DNA of 44,205 nucleotides. It comes from a virus. Lineage: Duplodnaviria; Caudoviricetes. Below, piece by piece: positions 37,355 to 44,205 of this stretch (positions are counted from its first letter, which is position 1; each line of letters begins with the position of its first letter). The stretch spans positions 1 through 44,205 of the IMG/VR virus record IMGVR_UViG_3300037742_000079. One strand, written 5' to 3'. Under the pieces are notes generated by a model. That model saw nothing but the letters and a program-made list of their open reading frames with translations, did not search any database and was not told the origin of the DNA. Made by a program: the position numbers and the translations under genes.

Positions 37355-38685
37355 AGGCACTGTCCCTGTTCTCCGGCTGCGGTGGCGCTGACTTGGCGAT
37401 GGAGGCCGCAGGCTACACAGTCGCGGCGCTCTGCGAGATTGAGCCAAGCGCGCGGGCCGTGCTGCGTGAGCACTGGCCCCATACGCCCCTCTTGGGTGAC
37501 GTGTCGCTCGTCGATGGCACGCAGTGGCGCGACGTGGATGTGATCGTCGGTGGCTCGCCGTGCCAGGACCTGAGCGTCGCGGGCAAGCGCGGCGGCCTGA
37601 CGGATGGCAGCGGCACGCGCTCGTCGCTGTTCCATCAGCAGGCCCGCGTATGGCATGAAACGGGTGCGCCCTACCTCATCTGGGAGAACGTCTATGGTGC
37701 CCTCTCGTCCAGCGGGGGCGCCGATTTCGCCGCCGTCCTATCTGCCCTCGTGGGTTCCGCCGTCGCTGTCCCTCGGGACGGATGGAAGCGCGGAGGTGTG
37801 GCAGCTGGACGCAACGCCGTGGCCGCCTGGCGCGTGCTCGATCTTCAACACTTTGGCGTCCCGCAACGCCGGGAGCGCGTCGTTGTCCTCGCGTCTCGAG
37901 TCGGCGGCGTCGATCCCGCCGAAGTACTGGCGCTCGGCCAAGGCGTGCGCGGGGATTCTCCGCCGCGCTACGAAGCGCGGGAAAGAGCTGCCGGCCTTGC
38001 TCAAGGCCGTACTCCTGAGGGTTTCTGGGGGGGGGGGCTCGCCAACTGCCTGACGGCGCGCGAGGCGAAGGGGCCGAATCCGGCCCGCGACCTGGGAACG
38101 ACGGTGATTCAAGTGATCGCTGATACGCTGACGGAAGCCACCATGCGCGCCGGCGGCGCGACTGCTGGGAAAAACCCCGGACTCGTCAACGGCATCATTC
38201 AGCCCATCGCCCACACCCTTCGCGGTGAAGGGTGCGACGCGAGTGAGGACGGCACCGGGCGAGGCACGCCGATGGTGGTCGCGCCGTTCAACGAAGTGCA
38301 GCTCACCAACCCGACCAACCGGCAGTCCGTGCGGGCGGGAGCGAACGCACCGACACTCGACGACAGTGGGCGCATGGGCGTCATCGCGCCCTGCCTCCGC
38401 GTCGGTGGGCGCGCTCAAGGAGCGGGCGACTCGCACGACAATACGCCGATCGTCGCGGATGGCCTCGGCGTTCGCATGCTCACGCCGCGCGAGTGCGAGC
38501 GCATCATGGGCTGGCCGGACGACTGGACGCGCTGGGGCGTGAAAGAATCTGGTGTCCGCTACGAGCTTAAGGACACCCCGCGCTACAAGCTCTGTGGCAA
38601 CGGCATCGGGCGCGAGTGGATGGAGTGGATCTCGCTCAGGCTGCGCGCTGCGGTCGAATCTGCCACCTCTGAGTGTGCCGCATGA
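37351..38685 (+). CDS. DNA (cytosine-5) methyltransferase
   Basis: Motif I LFSGCGG, IV GSPCQDLS, VI WENV, VIII PQRRER, IX LTPRECER..GWPD, X GNG. Confidence 0.95.
   Translation: MKALSLFSGCGGADLAMEAAGYTVAALCEIEPSARAVLREHWPHTPLLGDVSLVDGTQWRDVDVIVGGSPCQDLSVAGKRGGLTDGSGTRSSLFHQQARVWHETGAPYLIWENVYGALSSSGGADFAAVLSALVGSAVAVPRDGWKRGGVAAGRNAVAAWRVLDLQHFGVPQRRERVVVLASRVGGVDPAEVLALGQGVRGDSPPRYEARERAAGLAQGRTPEGFWGGGLANCLTAREAKGPNPARDLGTTVIQVIADTLTEATMRAGGATAGKNPGLVNGIIQPIAHTLRGEGCDASEDGTGRGTPMVVAPFNEVQLTNPTNRQSVRAGANAPTLDDSGRMGVIAPCLRVGGRAQGAGDSHDNTPIVADGLGVRMLTPRECERIMGWPDDWTRWGVKESGVRYELKDTPRYKLCGNGIGREWMEWISLRLRAAVESATSECAA
37604..38053 (+). CDS. overlapping +1-frame ORF resembling the beta polypeptide of split C5 methyltransferases
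   Basis: 'SLSSRLE..IPPKYWRSAKACAGILRRATKRGKELPALLKAVL'; ends just after the G11 tract; start uncertain (37604/37655/37694). Confidence 0.6.
   Translation: MAAARARRCSISRPAYGMKRVRPTSSGRTSMVPSRPAGAPISPPSYLPSWVPPSLSLGTDGSAEVWQLDATPWPPGACSIFNTLASRNAGSASLSSRLESAASIPPKYWRSAKACAGILRRATKRGKELPALLKAVLLRVSGGGGSPTA
38027..38037 (+). repeat. G11 homopolymer inside the methyltransferase
   Basis: TTCT-GGGGGGGGGGG-CTC; the only such long homopolymer noticed in the window. Confidence 0.95.
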
Positions 38686-39074
38686 GTGGCCCCGTGGTGA
38701 CCTGCTACTGCGGCGCCCGGATGCACCCGCGCTTTTCGAGCAACTTCGGGAAGTTCTGGGGCTGCTCCGAGTGGCCCAAGTGCGACGGGACGATCAGTGC
38801 GCACCAGGAGACCGGCGAGCCCTTGGGCATTCCGGTCGACAAGGCCACGCGCGAGGCCCGCATTCAGGCGCACGCTGCCTTTGATCCCCTCTGGAGGGGA
38901 AAGGGCTCGCCGTTCCGTGGGCGGCGTGACGCGGCCTACAAGTGGCTCCAGCACACGCTCGGCATCCGCTCTCGCTATCAGTGCCACATCGGGATGTTCG
39001 ACGCCGCGATGTGCGGGCGTGTCCTCGAGGTGTGCGACGAGTACGCCACCCGCCGCGGGGCGCGCTCGGCATGA
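38682..39074 (+). CDS. zinc-finger protein (DUF3268-like)
   Basis: 'FWGCSEWPKCDG', 'AHAAFDPLW', 'AYKWL', 'CHIGMFD'. Confidence 0.8.
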   Translation: MSGPVVTCYCGARMHPRFSSNFGKFWGCSEWPKCDGTISAHQETGEPLGIPVDKATREARIQAHAAFDPLWRGKGSPFRGRRDAAYKWLQHTLGIRSRYQCHIGMFDAAMCGRVLEVCDEYATRRGARSA

Positions 39075-39202
39075 ACCTGCGCCGGCTCTACTGCAGGCAC
39101 TTCCTCGATTGCCTCCGGGCCCTCGTCATCGACGCGTGCGCCGAGCACGAGGGGCTCGCGAGCCTCAAACACCACGCCCACCACGCCGGGGGATGGCGAT
39201 GA
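39071..39202 (+). CDS. small hypothetical protein
   Basis: ATGA coupling at both ends; 43 aa. Confidence 0.4.
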   Translation: MNLRRLYCRHFLDCLRALVIDACAEHEGLASLKHHAHHAGGWR

Positions 39203-40179
39203 ACTGGATTCGGATTGCGGTCGGGATCGGTGACGACCCGCGCATTCACGCGATCGCCGACATGCTCGGGGTTCGCATCCCGGAGGCGGTCGGGCTCGTC
39301 GTGATGCTGCTCGCCAAGTTCCCCGAGCATGCGCCGGACGGCTCGCTCGCTGAGGTCCCGGACGCATCGGTCGAGCGCTGGGGCGGCTGGGCGGGCGATC
39401 GCGGGGCCTTCGCCAAGGCGGTTCGGTTCACCTTCCTGGACGAGGCGGGAGTCTGGCTGGCGTGGGAAAAGCACAACGGGGCGGCGCTCCGTGAGGCCAT
39501 CGCGGCGCGCCAACGGATGCGCGATCACCGGACGAAGAAGGCGACTGCGTTCGCCGAACGTTCGGCGAACGGTACGGAGAACGTTCGGCGAACGGTACGG
39601 CAAGATGACCCGAACGGTTCGCCTGACGGTTCGCCTGACGGTACGCCGAACGTTACGCGTGACGTTCGTGGTAACGTACGTACGTACGAGACGGACGTAA
39701 CGAACGAACTACAGCTTGCTGCTGCGCGCGAGCGCGTGACGGCGGTCTTCGATCCGGCCGAGCGTGGCCAGTGGCGGGTGCGCCTCACGGCCGCCGCCAA
39801 CAAGGCGTTCGAGGAGCAGTTCGGGAGCTTGGGTAGGCCGCTGCTCGCCGGCACCGCGGCCGCGCTGGTCGAAGTGCTCGAGGAGGACCAGGTCCCGATC
39901 GCTTGGGCCGAGCAGCTCGTGGCCGACCTGGCCGCCGGCATGGAGACCGCGCCCCGCACGATGGCCTATTTCGCGCCGATCGTCCGCGAGCGCTGGTTCG
40001 AGGAGCAGGCGCGCAAGGCGGCGAGGAACACGCCGGTCGTGGGCCGCGCTGGCCCGACGCTGAGCAAATGGGACCGGCAGAAGCTGGCCGAGATCGACGC
40101 CTCGCGCGCCGACGCCAGGGCCCGCATGCAGAAGATCGCCGACGAGGATGCCCGTCAGGCGCGAGGCAGCGTCGCATGA
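39199..40179 (+). CDS. phage replication initiator (lambda O/DnaT-like organisation)
   Basis: 'MNWIRI..DDPRI' N-terminus, 'ARQRMRDHR', internal iteron-encoded linker. Confidence 0.75.
   Translation: MNWIRIAVGIGDDPRIHAIADMLGVRIPEAVGLVVMLLAKFPEHAPDGSLAEVPDASVERWGGWAGDRGAFAKAVRFTFLDEAGVWLAWEKHNGAALREAIAARQRMRDHRTKKATAFAERSANGTENVRRTVRQDDPNGSPDGSPDGTPNVTRDVRGNVRTYETDVTNELQLAAARERVTAVFDPAERGQWRVRLTAAANKAFEEQFGSLGRPLLAGTAAALVEVLEEDQVPIAWAEQLVADLAAGMETAPRTMAYFAPIVRERWFEEQARKAARNTPVVGRAGPTLSKWDRQKLAEIDASRADARARMQKIADEDARQARGSVA
39548..39710. repeat. putative replication origin iterons
   Basis: 24-bp palindrome 39548-39571; GAACGTTCGGCGAACGGTACGG x2; ~12-bp ACGKTWCG units; ACGT run. Confidence 0.7.
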
Positions 40180-40862
40180 GGGAGCCCTACGCGCAGATCG
40201 AGGTGGACGCCTTCGAGGTGCTTTTCGAGGATCTCTGGGCCGCCTCGGGGCCGGGCTCACGCGTCGATTTCAGCAAGAAATCGGCGGTCTACTACCGCAC
40301 CCTCCGGGATGTCCCGGAGACCTCGCTCCGCGTTGGGCTCGACAAGATCATCGCCGCGCACACGGACGGTCCGATGCCGCGCGCCGGCGCCTGGCGAGAG
40401 GCCGCGCTCCAGCACATGGCCGCGGTGCGGCAGGCGCTCGACGCCAAGGAGCGCTCGGAGGGTCGCGCGATTGGCCCCTGGAATCGTTGCGCGTGTGGCT
40501 GCGGCGGCCGGCTCTGGTACTCCGTCATGCGGGACGGCACCACCGGCCAGGTCCGCACGCACGCGGTGGACGTGGCCGAGCAGACGACGGCGCCGGCCGT
40601 GCTCGAGCGGATGCCGAGCTACGCCAAGGCGCTTCGCGCGCTAGCGGGCCAGCCGATGCTCAAGCCGCACATGGAGTGCCGAGGGAAGGGCGAGGGAGAC
40701 CGCTACATCGCGGACCGACTGCCCACGATCCAGGGCGAGGTGCGCTTCCTGGGCTACGAGCCGCCCGGCACCACCGACCGGGACGGTGCGCCGGTCTACG
40801 ACCTGGGCGTACCTGCCGCCGCCAAGCGTGCGAGCGCCCAGCACAACCAGGGTGCCGCATGA
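40176..40862 (+). CDS. putative helicase loader-like replication protein
   Basis: Follows the initiator; 'YYRTLRDVP..P..G.WR' pattern plus a Cys cluster. Confidence 0.5.
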   Translation: MREPYAQIEVDAFEVLFEDLWAASGPGSRVDFSKKSAVYYRTLRDVPETSLRVGLDKIIAAHTDGPMPRAGAWREAALQHMAAVRQALDAKERSEGRAIGPWNRCACGCGGRLWYSVMRDGTTGQVRTHAVDVAEQTTAPAVLERMPSYAKALRALAGQPMLKPHMECRGKGEGDRYIADRLPTIQGEVRFLGYEPPGTTDRDGAPVYDLGVPAAAKRASAQHNQGAA

Positions 40863-41467
40863 GCCGCATTCAGCGCAGCAGCCCGAACGAGGTCTTGGCG
40901 ATCGCCCAGCGCGCGCACGAGGAGCTCGCGGGCGAAGCGTCGTATCCCTTTCCGTGGCAATGGGACCGAAGCCGCTACCCGATGGCTTGGCTCTGCAGTC
41001 GGCCGACCGAGGCGTCGGTGCAGACGCAAATCTTGGCGCACTTGGCCCGCTGGTTCGTCCGCGCCTTCCCGGTCGACGCGGGCGCGAAAGCGATCCGCGG
41101 TCGCGCGCGCGGCGTGCTGGGCCGGGCCGATCGGCCAGACCTCGCGGCCGCCGTGCTGCGCGGCCGAACGGGCGCGGCCCAAGAGGGCGTCTCGGACATC
41201 GTCGGCACGCTGCCTGGTGGCCGCTCGCTCTATCTCGAGGTCAAGCAACCGGAGTGGCTCGAATGGCACCCCGAGCGCGGGGTCGCCACCCAAGTGAGGA
41301 GCGCGGGCAGGCCGACACCGGCGCAGCTCCGGTTCCTGGCCGACATGTACCGCCAGAACGCCCTCGTCGCCGTCGTCTGGTCGACCGGAGACGTCGACGA
41401 GCTGCTCGGCGCGCCGGGCCAGCCGCGACGCGACCCATACGCCCAACATCCGGTCAGCATCCCATGA
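40859..41467 (+). CDS. VRR-NUC / PD-(D/E)xK nuclease
   Basis: 'EASVQTQI', 'GVSDI', 'YLEVK', 'RPTPAQLRFL'. Confidence 0.85.
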   Translation: MSRIQRSSPNEVLAIAQRAHEELAGEASYPFPWQWDRSRYPMAWLCSRPTEASVQTQILAHLARWFVRAFPVDAGAKAIRGRARGVLGRADRPDLAAAVLRGRTGAAQEGVSDIVGTLPGGRSLYLEVKQPEWLEWHPERGVATQVRSAGRPTPAQLRFLADMYRQNALVAVVWSTGDVDELLGAPGQPRRDPYAQHPVSIP

Positions 41468-41931
41468 GCATGCCACGCCCGACGGGCTACCGCGATCTCG
41501 ATCACGTCGCGCGGAAGCTCTCACAGGTCACGGTCAACCTGCAGCCGGCCGCCTTCCTGCCGCTGCCCAGAGCCCGCGCGCTCGTCGCTCGCGTGCTCCG
41601 GTGCGTCTTCCTGCCGCTCGAATCGCTGGACGGCGGCGCCAGCGAGCACGCCTTCTGGAGCTGCTGCGCGCTCCTCCATGCGCTGGATTCCCATGCGCAG
41701 CGCCTCGGTGCTGCGATGCCGGTGCCCAACAACCCGGCGGAAGCCAGCCAGCTGGTTGAGGCCATGAAGGCGGGCACGATCCAGCTGGACGACGCTGATC
41801 TCGTGCGCTGTTACCGCGCCTTCCTCGCCAAGCACGAGGACCGACTGAGCGCGGACGAGGCGGCCTTCCTCACCCGGCTGGGCGTGCGCGGCGTGCACCT
41901 CTTCAACCCCAGCGACAGGGGGACCTCGTGA
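41464..41931 (+). CDS. hypothetical protein
   Basis: ATGA/GTGA coupling. Confidence 0.6.
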   Translation: MSMPRPTGYRDLDHVARKLSQVTVNLQPAAFLPLPRARALVARVLRCVFLPLESLDGGASEHAFWSCCALLHALDSHAQRLGAAMPVPNNPAEASQLVEAMKAGTIQLDDADLVRCYRAFLAKHEDRLSADEAAFLTRLGVRGVHLFNPSDRGTS

Positions 41932-42209
41932 GCGCTAAGAAGACGCTCCAAGAGAACTCCAAAGGCCGGAACCTCTCGGATTGCGGGCCGGGCCGCTACC
42001 GCTTGGACGAGGTGAAGGTCGGCGCCCTGCTGCGCCAGGCCGAAGCCCTGGAGAAGATGGCGGCCGACGTTGCCGAGATCGCCCGACACCTCAAGTGGGA
42101 CGAGGCGCGACGCACGCTCGAGCGGAAGGCGATCGCCCGCATGGAGCGCAAGATCGCCACGCAGAAAAAGTTGAATGACGAACGTTGGGACCGCAGGCAC
42201 GAGACGTGA
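41928..42209 (+). CDS. hypothetical coiled-coil protein
   Basis: GGGG SD, coupled. Confidence 0.6.
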   Translation: MSAKKTLQENSKGRNLSDCGPGRYRLDEVKVGALLRQAEALEKMAADVAEIARHLKWDEARRTLERKAIARMERKIATQKKLNDERWDRRHET

Positions 42210-42529
42210 GTGCACCTCTCGCGCTCTCGCGCCTCGTCGCGCTGTGCAAGGCGTCCATGCCCATCTGTCCGCGCTGCGGGCATGGGGTCTCCGGCGTGCC
42301 CATCGCCGTTACCGGCGGCACCGTCACCTGTTGCCGGAACCGGCCGCCCCGGAATCCGACTGCCGGCCGCACCGAGAACCACTGCAGCCAGCACGTCGCG
42401 ATCGTCCCTGCGCCCGGTGGCGTCGTGCTCGTGCTCGCCCTCACCGCCAGCGAGGCTCGCACCCTGACCTACGGCCAGCTGCTCGACATTCCAACGGCGG
42501 AGATCGCGGCGTGCCACACCGCGCTATGA
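42206..42529 (+). CDS. Zn-finger-like hypothetical protein
   Basis: CPRC..CC..HC; coupled. Confidence 0.55.
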   Translation: MSAPLALSRLVALCKASMPICPRCGHGVSGVPIAVTGGTVTCCRNRPPRNPTAGRTENHCSQHVAIVPAPGGVVLVLALTASEARTLTYGQLLDIPTAEIAACHTAL

Positions 42530-43014
42530 AAGCCGCCAAGCCCAGGAAGGCCGCGCGAACCAAGGCCAGAAAACCGAAGACCGTTCCGGCTGTGGCTCCG
42601 ACGCCACAACCATCGGCACAACCTTCGGCCAAGCCGCGGCGCGACCCGGTTCCCCAGCCGCACGGTGGCGCGCTTGTGCCCGGAGCCGGCGGTGGACGCG
42701 AGAACGGCCTCCTCGGCGGCCGGCCACGCGATACGACCCGTGCGCTCTTCCGGAAGCTGCTCCGCGACGAGCTCGCGCCGGCGGCGGTGGCGGTCGTGAA
42801 GAACTCGAAGAAGGTCGGCGATCACTTCGAGGCGCTGGAACGCTTCGCGGCGATCGGCTTCAACGAGCGCCTTCGCCTGGCGCAGCTGGACGCCCAGACC
42901 AGGGTCAACGCCGCGGCGGCCAGCCAGTCGGGCTCAAGTGCCCAGGTCCAGGTCCACGTCGGTGGGCCGCCGACCGGACTCGAACGATCAGCCAGTGAAG
43001 TCCAGAACGGATAG
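42526..43014 (+). CDS. putative terminase small subunit
   Basis: Basic N-terminus, 'QPHGGAL..GGRP' motif then helices, typical of TerS-like proteins. Confidence 0.55.
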   Translation: MKAAKPRKAARTKARKPKTVPAVAPTPQPSAQPSAKPRRDPVPQPHGGALVPGAGGGRENGLLGGRPRDTTRALFRKLLRDELAPAAVAVVKNSKKVGDHFEALERFAAIGFNERLRLAQLDAQTRVNAAAASQSGSSAQVQVHVGGPPTGLERSASEVQNG

Positions 43015-43072
43015 CAGCACGGAAGTACTCACGCAGGGCAATGCAGGTCCACTCCAGCAGGAGACAGCAGCT

Positions 43073-43465
43073 ATGCCGCGTTCCAAGAAGGTCCCTCAGT
43101 CCCGCCGCTTCATGGTGCGCCAGGGCGACGTCATCGTGATCGGGCTTCGTAAGCCGCTCGCGGCCAGCGCTCAGGGCTTGACCCCGATCCCGGCCGAGGC
43201 CGAGCGCACCATTCTCGCCCACGGCGAAGTCACGGGGCATGCCCATGCCCTGCCCTCTGCTCAGGCCACACTCTACGGCATGAGCGACGAGCTTCGGAAG
43301 TTGCTGGGTCAGGATGTGCTGCCCGGTGACCGGGTCCTCACCGTCATTGAGGACACCATGCTCACACACGAAGAGCATGACGCGATCACGATCCCCACCG
43401 GGAACTACATCGTGCGCCGCCAGCGCGAGTACTCCCCGGAGGAAATCCGGCAGGTCGCCGACTGA
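43073..43465 (+). CDS. conserved 'RQGDV' His-rich hypothetical protein (DUF6745 partner)
   Basis: AGGAG SD; 'RQGDV', 'LAHGEVTGHAH', 'LTHEEHDAITIP.G.Y.VRRQREY'. Confidence 0.8.
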   Translation: MPRSKKVPQSRRFMVRQGDVIVIGLRKPLAASAQGLTPIPAEAERTILAHGEVTGHAHALPSAQATLYGMSDELRKLLGQDVLPGDRVLTVIEDTMLTHEEHDAITIPTGNYIVRRQREYSPEEIRQVAD

Positions 43466-44205
43466 TGGCCGCGACCAAGCTACAGAAGCTGCCGGCAGCT
43501 CGGGAGGCTGAGCTGCCGGCGATCCGGGAGAAGTGGCTGGGGATCGGCCTGCGCACCGGAGCGGGCGACGAGGCAAGGGCATGGGAAGGCGCCAAGCTCG
43601 CCTACAAGACCGGCGGCCGGCCCGAGCCCAAGCTGCGCATCTGGATGCGTTCGCCGATCGAGATGCTTGTTGCCTGCCACGTACTGCGAAACACCGACGT
43701 TCTCGCTCAGGTGAGCGATCAGGTTCTCGCTCAGGTGAGCGATCAGGTGAGCGATCAGGTGCACGCTCAGGTGCACGCTCAGGTGCACGCTCAGGTGCAC
43801 GATCAGGTGCACGCTCAGGTGCACGATCAGGTGAGCGCTCAGGTGCACGATCAGGTGCGCGCTCAGGTGCACGATCAGGTGCGCGCTCAGGTGCACGATC
43901 AGGTGCACGATCAGGTGCACGATCAGGTGAGCGCTCAGGTGCACGCTCAGGTGCACGCTCAGGTGCGCGCTCAGGTGCGCGCTCAGGTGCGCGCTCAGGT
44001 GCGCGCTCAGGTGCGCGATCAGGTGAGCGATCAGGTGCGCGATCAGGTGCGCGATCAGGTGAGCGATCAGGTGCACGCTCAGGTGAGCGATCAGGTGAGC
44101 GCTCAGGTGAGCGATCAGGTGAGCGATCAGGTGAGCGATCAGGTGAGCGCTCAGGTGAGCGCTCAGGTGCGCGCTCAGGTGCGCGCTCAGGTGAGCGCTC
44201 AGGTG
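43465..44205 (+). CDS. DUF6745-like protein, N-terminal part (open to the window end; not in the ORF track)
   Basis: TGATG coupling at 43463-43467; MAATKLQKLPAAREAELPAIREKWLGIGLRT..AYK..PEP..W.RSP then xxQV repeats. Confidence 0.85.
   Translation, partial: MAATKLQKLPAAREAELPAIREKWLGIGLRTGAGDEARAWEGAKLAYKTGGRPEPKLRIWMRSPIEMLVACHVLRNTDVLAQVSDQVLAQVSDQVSDQVHAQVHAQVHAQVHDQVHAQVHDQVSAQVHDQVRAQVHDQVRAQVHDQVHDQVHDQVSAQVHAQVHAQVRAQVRAQVRAQVRAQVRDQVSDQVRDQVRDQVSDQVHAQVSDQVSAQVSDQVSDQVSDQVSAQVSAQVRAQVRAQVSAQV
43702..44205 (+). repeat. 12-bp coding tandem repeat, 42 units; 44084-44193 identical to 1-110
   Basis: Direct reading. Confidence 0.98.

Larger units (their letters stand above)
1..44205. mobile_element. 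Temperate tailed phage genome (podovirus-like), apparently complete and circularly permuted, in excised (attP) form
   Basis: Packaging, head, tail, lysis, cI/cro, int/xis/attP and replication modules are all present. No host genes are evident. The ends overlap within one repeat-containing gene. Confidence 0.93.

Noticed and set aside
43480-44076. Minus-strand ORF of HLIA/HLSA repeats
   Set aside because: Stop-free antisense shadow of the tandem repeat; the plus frame has a coupled start and a recognisable domain.
1-44205. Specific host assignment
   Set aside because: GC content and gene style suggest a GC-rich diderm host, but this cannot be fixed without searching the attP core against tRNA databases.

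Overview
This window looks like an essentially complete, circularly permuted genome of a GC-rich temperate tailed phage with podovirus-like architecture. It has a P22-type portal, adaptor and nozzle, internal ejection proteins and no tape-measure gene. Both ends lie in the same 12-bp coding tandem repeat (1-110 = 44084-44193), so one DUF6745-like gene spans the junction. Gene order is: terminase large subunit, tRNA-Met(CAT), portal/scaffold/capsid, tail fibre/nozzle, ejection proteins with an inserted HNH gene and an LPD38-like giant protein, lysis genes, two leftward accessory genes, cI/cro switch, recombination genes, xis/int, an intact attP (3' half of a tRNA-Met), C5 methyltransferase, replication initiator with iterons, VRR-NUC, small terminase candidate, and an RQGDV-protein/DUF6745 pair. 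The most unusual signals are: (1) a methyltransferase with an overlapping alternative-frame 'beta' ORF and a G11 tract that could switch between one-chain, two-chain and off states; (2) a covarying hairpin leader that buries the SD sequence in front of three late operons; (3) the combinatorial tetrapeptide-repeat DUF6745 module; (4) a tRNA-like ncRNA; (5) an integrase with a non-canonical catalytic set and an attP that splits the early operon. All family calls are from motif recognition, not database searches.
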